Notes under the pieces: model-generated
Told to the model about the DNA's origin: nothing
The model's input: the letters and a program-made list of their open reading frames with translations, nothing else
Databases searched by the model: none
Shown here: piece after piece, positions 39,301-52,011 of the stretch
Layout: each line of letters begins with the position of its first letter
Position numbering within the stretch: the stretch's first letter is position 1
Assembly: GCA_964016885.1 (NCBI GenBank)
Contig: OZ024762.1
Coordinates: 5,518,001 to 5,582,000, forward strand
DNA length: 64,000 nucleotides
Direction of reading: 5' to 3'
Origin: Eledone cirrhosa
Taxonomy: Eukaryota
Translations under genes and position numbers: made by a program

Positions 39301-42300
39301 TGGTACACTGTTTGACTTCCCCCAATTCTATCCACAGATAATGAAACGTCAGCCAGAGAAAGAACAGTTGCTAGGAGAATTCCTCTGGTCTTCTTGGGAT
39401 GTCTATAACCAACGTCTTCACTACATTTACCATCAACATGACGACAGTGTTGGCTACCGCAAGTTCCATACCATTTTCTCCACTTTACAGTTCAGCCATA
39501 ATGCCAAGTATGACAGCATGGTGAGTCAAATATTGCTATAACAACAATAACGATGTAATAATTGTTACTACTTTTGGCACAAGGCCAGCAATTACCCCCA
39601 GTGTATTACTGGTACTTTATTTTATCGACCCCGTAAGGATGAAAGACAAAGTTAACCTCGGTGGGATTTGAACTCAGATCATAAAGGGCCGTAACTCTTT
39701 GCTGCAAAGCATGGCGTCCGACCCTCTTCCGATACTGCCAAGCCACCGCCCTAATAATAATAATAATTATTATTTCTACTTTTGGCACAAGGCCAGCAAT
39801 TACCCAGTACATTACTGGTACTTTATTTTATCGACCCCGTAAGGATGAAAGGCAAAGTTGACCTCGGCGGGATTTGAACTCAGATCATACAGTGAGGTAA
39901 CTCTATGCTTCAAAGCATGGCGTCTGACCCTATAATAATAATTTCTAATTTAGACACAAGGTCTGCAAATTAGGGTAAGGGCAAAGTTGATTAAATCAAC
40001 CCTAGTATTTCACTGGTACTTTATTTATTGGCCTCTAGGGCCGAAAACATACTAGACAATACAATAGAGAGGGACAATAGGGATTTAAATATAATCAAGT
40101 GTGAAGAAAAGAGGTAAGAAAGTAACAAGAAATTAATGACAGAATTCCTAAATAGAGAGGAATACCACCCTGGGGTTGTTTAGGAAATGTGGAGGTGCTT
40201 GGCTTAGTGGTAAGGGTATTGGACTTATAATGTCATGGGTTTGATTCCTGGACTAGGTTGTGTGTTGTGTTCTTAAGCAAAACACTTCATTCCATGTTGC
40301 TCCAGTATACTCAGCTGAGTTTAACTCTGCGATGGACTGGCGTCCTGTCCAGGGGGAAGTCTTGTATTCTCGGTTGCTTCATGTCACAGAAACTGGAAAA
40401 AGTACCAGTTTGATGAGCTCTGGGCTTGAGACAAACTTAGAGAGATCAGAAACCACCCTGATTGCCATTTGTTTCATACATAATCAGCCTTGCCGACCAC
40501 CTGAGGCACACACCATTATGAATGAGGAAATGTAGAAGAAGAAAAAATATATTTCTAAATGTAAGAAAAGCTGCAATTCAGCAATTGTTTTAAAAGTCAG
40601 CAAAGTTGCAGTTTAATAATTGTTTTAAATTTTAGAAAAGCTGCAGAAAGTTTAACAATTGTTCTAAACATAAAGAATTAAAAAATAATTTGTGTTTATT
40701 GTAGATTGATGTTCCACTGAATTTCCCAATTCCATTTGTATCAAAAACCAGCAGGTAAGGGATATTTCTGTAACCCCAACATGTAGGGGATATTTCTGTA
40801 AAACCAGCAGGTAAGGGATATTTCTGTAAAACCAACATGTAGGGGATATTTCTGTAAAACCAGCATGTAAGGGATATTTCTGTAAAACCAACATGTAGGG
40901 GATATTTCTGTAAAACCAACATGTAGGGGATATTTCTGTAAAACCAGCATGTAGGGGATATTTCTGTATAACCAACATGTAGGGGATATTTCTGTAAAAC
41001 CAGCATGTAGGGGATATTTCTGTATAACCAACATGTAGGTGATATTTCTGTAAAACCAACATATAGGGGATATTTCTGTAAAACCAGCATGTAGGGGATA
41101 TTTCTGTATAACCAACATGTAGGGGATATTTCTGTAAAACCAGCATGTAGGGGATATTTCTGTATAACCAACATGTAGGTGATATTTCTGTAAAACCAAC
41201 ATATAGGGGATATTTCTGTAAAACCAGCATGTAGGGGATATTTCTGTATAACCAACATGTAGGGGATATTTCTGTAAAACCAGCATGTAAGGGATATTTC
41301 TGTATAACCAACATGTAGGTGATATTTCTGTAAAACCAACATGTAGGAGATATTTCTGTAAAACCAGCATGTAGGGGATATTTCTGTAAAACCAACATGT
41401 AGGGGATATTTCTGTATAACCAGCATGTAGGGAATATTTCTGTATAACCAGCATGTAGGGGATATTTCTGTAAAAGCAAGAGGTAGGGTCAGTTTCTATA
41501 ATACTAACAAGTTGTGTCATCATCATCATTTAACGTCCATCTTCATGATGATTATGATGACCCTACTTGTTAGTATTACAGAAATTGGCCCTAGCCCTAC
41601 CTCTTCCTTTTACAGAAATATCCCCTACCTGTTGGTTTTACTTTCTGAGTTCAAATCCCGCTGAGGTTAACTTTGCCTTTCATCCTAACGGGGTCAATAA
41701 AATAAAGTACCAGTAATGCACTGGGGTTGATTTCATTGACTTCCCCCTCCCCCAGAATTGCCGGCCTTGTGCCTAAATCAGAACCCATTATATTTCAGGC
41801 CAGTCTACATTGACATACCTCTGTGTTCTGCTATACCAGGTGAGATAGACACTTCTTTTTTCATTAGTCTTACAATTAGCATCATTATCAGCAGCATCAC
41901 TGCCATCATCATCATCATCATCATCATCATTGCCACCATCATCGAAGCCATTACCAGATCCATCATCATCAGCCACAGCATCATCACCATCATCATCATC
42001 ATTCATATTATCACATCATAATCATCATCACCATCATTATCATATTCAATATTATCAACATCATCATCATCATCAATATTATCATAATCATCATCATCAA
42101 TATTATCAACATCATCATCATCATCAATATTATCATAATCATCATCATCAATATTATCAACATCATAATCATCATCATCATCATTGTCATCATTGATATT
42201 TCTTACTTTCCTCCCTATCTAGATCGTTCCATTAATTTAGAGGTGATAACATTACCAAATGGTACCTTCTGTATATGTTACCAGCCAACTCTGTCACAGA

Positions 42301-45300
42301 ACCAATCACAACCTTTGACCCCTGAAGAAAAAGTAAGAATATTCATATCTTTTCTTTTCTCTCATATTTTCTCCAACTATAAGTTTAGGAAATAATTATG
42401 CGGCACTAACATAGCGTTTGTCATAATAAAGATGTATATGAAAGAACATATGAAATGTTTATATATAATAAACATAACAAGAGTCTTGTTAAGGATCTTT
42501 TTAAAAAAGCAGTGATCATGTCACAGCAACCTCAGTGCTGGCGACAATGCCAGATAGTTATCTATTGGTTAGTATCAATTCATCAGTAACATTTACTCAC
42601 TCAGTACTGAGACAGAATAAGCCAAAGCTAAAGTCTATATGGTTTTGTGTATGAAACTTAGATCAGAGATGCACCTTTCCATATGGTGTATGGTGCGAAT
42701 TGCACCTGGGTAGAGTGAATTAGAAGTGGCACTAACATAGCGTGGTTCATCATTCGGATGCATATGAAAGTATATACAATGTATTATATCTGAGTTCAAA
42801 TCCCGCCGAGGTTAACTTTGCCTTTCATCCTTACGGGGGTCGATAAAATAAAGTACCAGTAATACACTGGGGTAGTTGCTGGCCTTGTGCCAAAAGTAGA
42901 AACAATTATATAGAAAAAAACTGTGACCATATCACTGTTGACTCTCTATTATCACCACCACTATACCACTGTTACCCTCTCTACCACCACTATACCACTG
43001 TTACCCTCTCTCTACCACTGTCACCCTCTCTATTACCACCACTATACCACTGTTACCTCTCTATCACAACTACTCTACCACTGTTACCCTCTCTCTACCA
43101 CTGTTACCCTCTCTCTACCACCACTATACCATTGTTACCCTCTCTCTACCACCACCACCACCACTATACCACTGTTACCTCTCTATCACAACTACTCTAC
43201 CACTGTTACCTTCTCTCTACCACCACTATACCACTGTTACCCTCTCTCTACCACTGTCACCCTCTCTATTACCACCACTATACCACTGTTACCTCTCTAT
43301 CACAACTACTCTACCACTGTTACCCTCTCTCTACCACCACTATACCATTGTTACCCTCTCTCTACCACCACCACCACCACTATACCACTGTTACCTCTCT
43401 ATCACAACTACTCTACCACTGTTACCTTCTCTCTACCACCACTATACCACTGTTACCTTCTCTCTACCACCACTATACCACTGTTACCCTCTCTCTACCA
43501 CTGTCACCCTCTCTCTACCACCACTATACCACTGTTACCCTCTCTCTACCACCACTATACCACTGTTACCCTCTCTCTACCACCACTATACCACTGTTAC
43601 CCTCTCTCTACCACCACTATACCACTGTTACCCTCTCTCTACCACCACTATACCACTGTTACCCTCTCTCTACCACCACTATACCACTGTTACCCTCTCT
43701 CTACCACCACTATACCACTGTTACCCTCTCTCTACCACCACTATACCACTGTTACCCTCTCTCTACCACCACTATACCACTGTTAACCTCTCTCTACCAC
43801 CACCACTATACCACTGTTACCCTCTCTACCACCACCACTATACCACTGTTAACCTCTCTATTATCAGGAAACCACAATTACTGATGAGGACTTAGTTGAT
43901 GTGACATATTTTGTCTGTTTGGTCCACCATGGTGAGTCTGCTTACTTTTCTCTTCTCAGTATTGTAATGATTCATCATCATCATCACCATCACCATCACC
44001 ACCACCATCATCATCATTACTACCATCATCATCCCTACCATCATCATCATTATCATCATCATCACAGGAATCCCCACCATCATCATCATTACCATCATCA
44101 TCACTATCATCATCACCATCGTCATCATCATTACCATCACCATCATCATTACCATCCGAATCCATCCCCACCAACATTACCCTCATCATCATCATCACCA
44201 CCACCACGCAAGTATATATACATGTAGATATGATATACATCAAATAAAATCGTAATTGACAATATACACAGAAATTGAACGAAGTCTGTGTTACACTGTG
44301 TTATGTAATCAGTAACGTAATCTACGATACATTAAAAAAAGACGATATTATATATAAACTGCATTAGGAGAAAATTAGTGACAGAAAATTAGTATGTTTA
44401 TTTAAGCGATCGCCACCGGAAGTGTTGATATTTAAAAATTTTCAAGAAGTGAATCTTTAAATAAATAATAAAATTTATTTAATAAACAACCACGAGATTT
44501 AGTAGATAAATTATGTAATATTCATTCATTATTTATTCAAAGTAAGAGGGTGGTGAATTGGCAGTATCGGTAGAGGGTTGGGCGCCATGCTTTCTAGCAT
44601 AGTTACGTCCCTTTACAGTCTGAGTTCAAAAATGGGATAAAAAATGTTATATTAAATATCAAATATACATATTATATATAAATATAGTAAAATATTTATA
44701 CATAGTATATATTATATTATTTATTATATATAAATTAATGATTTTATTTATTATGTATCCAAAATTAAATTAAGGGTGTCATGTCTGAGAGACATGCGTC
44801 ATATCCACTGCAGAATATGCTCAAAGATTCCAATGACTAGATCCAAGCATTTCATATCAACTAGAAATTGATTGACATATAAATATATATAAAATAAACA
44901 TATGAAACAATCACAGGGAATAATTTGTAAAGTGCGTAAGCACACACAGCTAGGTAGGTAACTAATTAAAGTTTAACTAGAACTTCAAATATTGATACCT
45001 TTTAAAATGCCTGTGATTTTATTTATTATATATTTTTTACAATTTGCATGTAGGCAGGTCTCTCTGCAATTGGCCAAGGTGGTGAGTGCACCTCCACTCC
45101 TGACGTGACAAAGCCCTAACAGAAAACAATGGAGGTCAACCAAGGAGGGTTTCTTCCAACAGTTGTTACTAGGCCTTCGATTGGATGTCAAGACTTTTAA
45201 TTTCAGGGCATCCAGCTGTAGAAATCAAGCCAAATCAGTTCCTGTATGAGCAAGGCATGGTCAGCCGACCAGACACAACAGGACAACCCATCTAACCCAT

Positions 45301-46054
45301 GCTAGCGTGGAAGAACAGACGTAAAATGGTGATGATGATGATGATGATGAAACTGTTAATGTTAATTCCTATTTCTTACATTTCAGTCCATACCTTACAA
45401 GGGACAGTTTCAAGAGTTCCTCAACATGATGCTATGAGACGCCGTATTCTCTTCACATGGTTCAGTAAGTTTTTGTATTGAGTACTACTTGTTATTACTG
45501 TTGTACAATTTAGTAGATGAATGGTTAAGAGGTTCGTTTTATAATCCTTAGCTCTTGGGTTTGACCACACTGTGTGTCACCTTGAGCAAGTGTCAGTTAC
45601 CATAGCCACAGTTCAACTCATGTTATTGTGAGTGAACTTGGGTAGACAGAAACTCTGTGGAAGCCCGTCATATGGACTGTAATTCACAGAGCCACTACTG
45701 TTACTACTACCACCACTACAACCATCACCCCCACCACTATAACTATCTCCACCACCACTACTATTACAACCATCACCACCACCACCACACCTACCACTAT
45801 TACTACTACTACTACTACCACTATTACTACTACTACTAACCTTATCTATATGTTGTTATTCCAGATGGTTACCTGGTTGTTAGTCTACCTGGATATTTCA
45901 CACACCTGCTCAATGTCAGTATTGAATATGGACCATGTAACCACATCTTACTACACAGTTAAGTAGCTCTCTCTCTCTCTCACACACATACACACTTCTC
46001 TCTCTCACACACACACTTCCCCTCTCTCTCTCTCTCTCACACACACACTTCCCC

Positions 46055-46093
<39 letters not shown>

Positions 46094-46539
46094 TTCTCTC
46101 TCTCTCTCACACACACATGACACACACACTTCTCTCTCTCTCCTACACATGACACAGCACATGCATCTCTCTCTCTCTCACATACATGACACACACACTT
46201 CTCTCTCTCTCCTACACATGACACAGCACATGCATCTCTCTCTCTCACACACACATGACACACACACTTCTCTCTCTCTCTCACACACACACACTTCTCT
46301 CTCTCTCCTACACATGACACACACACTTCTCTCTCTCTCTCACACACACACACTTCTCTCTCTCTCCTACACATGACACACACACTTCTCTCTCTCTCTC
46401 ACACACACACACTTCTCTCTCTCTCTCACACACACATGACACACACACTTCTCTCTCTCTCCTACACATGACACAGCACATGCATCTCTCTCTCTCTCAC
46501 ATACATGACACACACATCCTACACATGACACACACATAC

Positions 46540-46604
<65 letters not shown>

Positions 46605-49418
46605 TTCTCTCTCTCTCACATACACACGACACAAATACACACACACTCATCTATATATATATACCTATCCAAACATATTAATACCTGTATTTGTATTATT
46701 TGTATCAATAGAAGAATCTCTGTATGGCAACATTTGTGGTGAGAAAAAATTACCAAAACCTGAAGATGGAATCCCGAAAAGTAACAAAACAAATGTGAAC
46801 ATCACAGTCCAGGATGCTAGCCACCACAGCTACATGTCTCTATTACAGGCTACCAGTAAACGGCTACAGTTAAGGAATCACTACTCCAAAGGAATGTATC
46901 TCTCGGGTAAGGTTTAACTCTCTTAGACCTCTGTCTAACTTTACCTTCCACCTGAACAAAATAATTGTTTCTACTTTAGGCACAAGGCCAGCAATTACCC
47001 AGTGCATTACTGGTACTTTATTTTATCGACCCCGTAAGGATGAAAGGCAAAGTCAACCTCGGCGGAATTTGAACTCAGATCGTAAAGGGATGTAACTATG
47101 CTGGAAAGCAGAACAAAATAATATATAGTTGCATACACAGCTGAAGAGTAATAATTGCAGACAAACTAATGGACAGAATCTTGGCACAGTAAATGTATCT
47201 AGCCATCCTTCAACTAGATGTACACAATCTCCACCACCTCTATCAGCATAGCTATGCGAAGGTCACAACGAATTTGTTTACCTAAGTTGCTACTTTACTC
47301 ACCATGTCTGATACATGGAAAGCGTCACTTCTTCCCAAATGTGAACCTAATAAGACTTTGGGTTTTTGCATCTCTGTGTTTGTATTGTTTATTCTAGAAC
47401 TATATATATATATATATATCAAACAGAAAGTTATTTGTTTCTAATATACTTAGAGATCTCACTGAAAAGATAAAATCAGAGAAGCATTTAACCCTTTAAC
47501 ATTCACATTACTCTATATATACTATTATATTTTCATGGTAAAGGCTTTATCTCAGATAATTATCTCACATAATATCGAATCTATGAGATTTTAAAAGTAT
47601 TTATTTTGAGAACAATACCTTAACATCAGTTTGAGCGACCAGTTACAGCCAGTTTCAACAGAAAGAGGTAGAGAATTCTGGCCGGTTTGAACACTAAATT
47701 GTTAAACATATTTAATTTAAACCAAAATCTCAATTGGGGGAATTTAAACTATACAAACTAAAATAAGTCAGTTTCACTCATATATGGACCCAATTGCAGT
47801 TTCTGGAATTAAGAAACAATACCAATTATTTCAATAAAGACAACCAATATAAGAAGAAATTCTGTTATCAGGGGGAATTTTTTGGAAGTACAGAAAATAT
47901 TCAATAGATATATTTCTTTCTTTCTTTATTTATTTATTTATTTATTTATTTTATTCAATAGATAGCATACAGATCATGTCCTTATTTTAGCTCCCTATCC
48001 ATCAAGATTTTGGCTTAATAGTTTTATATATATAGTATATATAAAACTATATATATATATATATGTGTATATATATAATTAGATTTTTCACTCTGACATA
48101 GCTGTTTACATATAAGTATGTGTATTTTGTATATCTAATGATATACGGTATGTTTATGAATAAACATTTGAAAGCCTTTAGCTATGAATTTTTGAAGCTG
48201 ATGGCTGGCGCCATCTAGCAAATTCCAGCTTACCGTATATCATTAGATATACAAGATACACATACTTATATGTATACACGCTATATCGGAGCGAAAACTT
48301 TAATTCTGTTTTCAGGCCAAGCCGGCTGACAGCTTTGTGTACAAATGAGGCTAATCAGTCCATATACATAGGTGTCAAAACTATATATTTTCACCTGCAT
48401 TAAATTCCAGCAGAGAGCAGGGTAGGGGGAGCACTGCCTTGATAAGAACCATCAGCCAGAAACAATCGTCGATAGTTACCCTCCTGCTTCTGCTGGAATT
48501 CGCTAGATGGCGTTATCCATCAGCTTCAATAATTCATAGTTAAAGGTTTTCAAATGTTTATTTGATAGATAAATAGGTATTTAATTTCCCATTATGTTAC
48601 TGTATCACACTTCATTACTGTGTCACATTCCCATTATCAGGATGGCTGTTGTATGACAAGAAATCTCAACGTTTATACAAACTTTTGATCAACAAAGACC
48701 AGTTACTGCATTTGTTTAGCTGTTGTTATCTCTCCACCACCCGTATGGCTCTCTTCCATTATATTTTACTTCACCTGCGAGACTATAATGTTATCAAAGA
48801 TGTAAGTAGCCTACCCTCAACTATTGTCATATATTTTGTTTCACCTGTGAAACTCTGTCATTAAAGATGTAAGTTCTTTCTTACCTGTATGTGTATAAAT
48901 AAATATATATGTGAGTACCGGATTCAATGGAGGGTAATCACAGTAAGTAAAGTACTCAATACATTAGTAGAGTGTTTACAATAAAATTTAATTTCTACAA
49001 GACTAGATTATTTCCTTCAAATGAAACAGTTCTAGTCCTGTAGCAACCATTTCTATATTAAATTTTGTTATATATATATAATCATCACCATCATCATCAT
49101 CACCGTTTAATGTCTATTTTCCATCATGCTTGCATGGATTAGATAGCTATACGTGCTGAGGCCAGACAAGTCCCGTGACTAGATCCTTACTTGTATGCTT
49201 TGTTTTAGTTTGGTTTCTATGCCTGATGCTTTTCCTAACACCAACTACTTTACAACGTGTACATGGTGAACTGGCTGCATTTCATCATGGCACCAGCAAT
49301 GCCACCTTACATTAGTATTCTACCTAATCAAGGTAGGGTTTATAACCATTTTAGAACTCAATGTAGAGTTGGTGTGAACATCTCATCAAAGCAAAGGCAA
49401 ATCTGTTTTATGATATTT

Positions 49419-49463
<45 letters not shown>

Positions 49464-51963
49464 AGAGTATTGAGTGTTAGATATATATAATGTTAAACAA
49501 AGGAAGAATATGATATGGTGAAGTAGTTATTCCCATATTGTAGAGTATTGAGAACTATAGTCTTATATATATATATAATTGTTTCTACTATTGGCACAAG
49601 GCCAGCTATTACCCCAGTGTATTACTGGTACTTTATTTTATCGACCCGGTAAGGATGAAAGGCAAAGTTAACTTCGGCAGGATTTTAACTCAGACCGTAA
49701 AGGGCCGTAACTCTATGCTGCAAAGCATGGTGTCTGACTCTCTACCGATACTGCCAATCCGCCACCCTCATATATATAATTGTTTCTACTTTTGGCACAA
49801 GGCCAGCTATTACCCCAGTGTATTACTGGTACTTTATTTTATTGACCCCTTATATATATAATGTTAAAAAATAAGAGAAGATAAAGTGGTTAGTTAATCC
49901 ATTGTTATCTGAAGCGAAGTAGTTAGAAAGCTATCTCCATAACCACACACATAACTATCTAACACGCATACACACACATAACTATCCAACACACATGCAC
50001 ACACACACAACATATACAACTACCCAATGAACACACACACACCATACAACTACCCAACACACACACACACACCATACAACTACCCAACACACACACGCAC
50101 ACCATACAACTACCCAACACACACACAACATATACAACTACCCAACACACACACACACACACCATACAACTACCCAACACACACACACCATACAACTACC
50201 CAACACACACACACACACACCATACAACTACCCAACACACACAAACCATACAACTACCCAACACACACACACACCATACAACTACCCAACACACACACAA
50301 CATATACAACTACCCAACACACACACACACCATACAACTACCCAACACACACACACACCATACAACTACCCAACACACACAAACCATACAACTACCCAAC
50401 ACACTCACACACCATACAACTACCCTATACACACACCCAACACATGGTTGTGTGTAATTATAGATTTATCCAACCCACACATGTTTACTGTAGGTTGGTA
50501 GGATTTTATATAAGAACCATTTATTCCACCATGAATTTTGTTACAATGTTTTGTCTTTCTCTTTACAGATCTTTGTTGCCCTTAGCAACGATTGTGCCAG
50601 TCCAGAGGTCCAGGAATTTTTAGCAGAGTTTCTTGTCAGTAAGTTTAACCCTTTGGCTATCAACATGCCTGCTTTTTCATACTTGCATGTGTATATATGT
50701 ATGTACTAGCTGCAGTACCCGGGAAAGGTGGGGTTATTCGCAGTTCCCAGAGTGCGCCTGAAAATGCTAGTGACCCTGGGTACCCATACAGGATTTTCAA
50801 TAACAACCTTTGCTAGGTGTGTTTATGGCAGATCAATTTTTTGTGTGGAACTATCAATAGCTGTTTAAGTCATAAGTCCTTCTTCCATCTAGTTTTCTTC
50901 ATTCAGAGTGAATAAGCCGGGGAAGTTTGAGCTCGAAGAGTAGCAAACTTATTCAATAGACTTATGTATAAGAATAGCAAACTTACTGCCTTAGTGCTCA
51001 AGAACAAACAACAGAATAATTGAAGAAGTCATCACAATTATTGAAGAAATTATAACCGAGTGAACATATTCAGGTACTGTTCAAGCATCCTCTATATCAC
51101 TGTTTGTAAAGCCCTTTAAATAACTGAAGCAATTCAATAAAACCATCCAATTTTCCTCATATATATATATACATATATATAGGTAAGTACTTGGCGTGGC
51201 AATAAAGTCTTTAGAATAGTAGGCTGTGTGTCATATATAGCAGTAAATGGAGTTAATATTAGTTGGAATTTGAACTTTGTTGTACACGTGTGACATTCTG
51301 TATGAATGCTGTATTTTGTCACAGGCCCAGTCATAATTAGTTTGTTGTCATTCATGTGAGTTTATAATACATGCCTCAAATGGATTTAAATGAAGAATAG
51401 TTTAGAGCATATGTTTTCATTGAATGGAAACGAGGCAAATCAGCAACAAGCTACAAATATCATTACACAATTGATGGAGAGTGGAATTAACAATGTTGTA
51501 GCAAATGCAAAGATGTTTTTGCTTCATTAGGTGGTAAATGAATCATTGCACGGGTTTCAACAAATGCCAAAGGAACGGTTCCAGAAAGAGTTAAAAGCTT
51601 TGCATAAGCACTGTAAAGGTGTTATTGCATTCAACGGAGATTATGTTTTGTAGAATGAATAAATTTTAGTTTCAATATGTTGTACAATTTCATTTAAAGG
51701 GTTATTCGAAAGACTTTATTGCCAAGCATATGCATATATATATATATATATCTTTCAAGTTGATATATATATATATCAACTTGAAATTGATTGACACATA
51801 TATATCTAAAATAAACACATGAAACAATCACTGGGGATAATTTTAGCTATATATATATATGTCAATCAATTTCTAGTTGATATAAAATGCTCGGAGCTAT
51901 TCATTGGAATCTTTGAGCTTATTCTACAGTGGATATGGTGCATGACTCTCTTAATTTAATTTT

Positions 51964-52011
<48 letters not shown>

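Noticed and set aside
40632-41529. Three ORFs of 262-271 aa on the minus strand
   Set aside because: Open in all frames because the 28-bp repeat lacks stops; no coding signal.
42923-44243. Long His/Pro/Thr-rich ORFs (also 38716-39315, 58197-59020)
   Set aside because: Translations of mini- and microsatellites.
46760-46785. CTGAAGA...GAAA hammerhead-like string
   Set aside because: Lies in a GSAP coding exon; no stems I or III.
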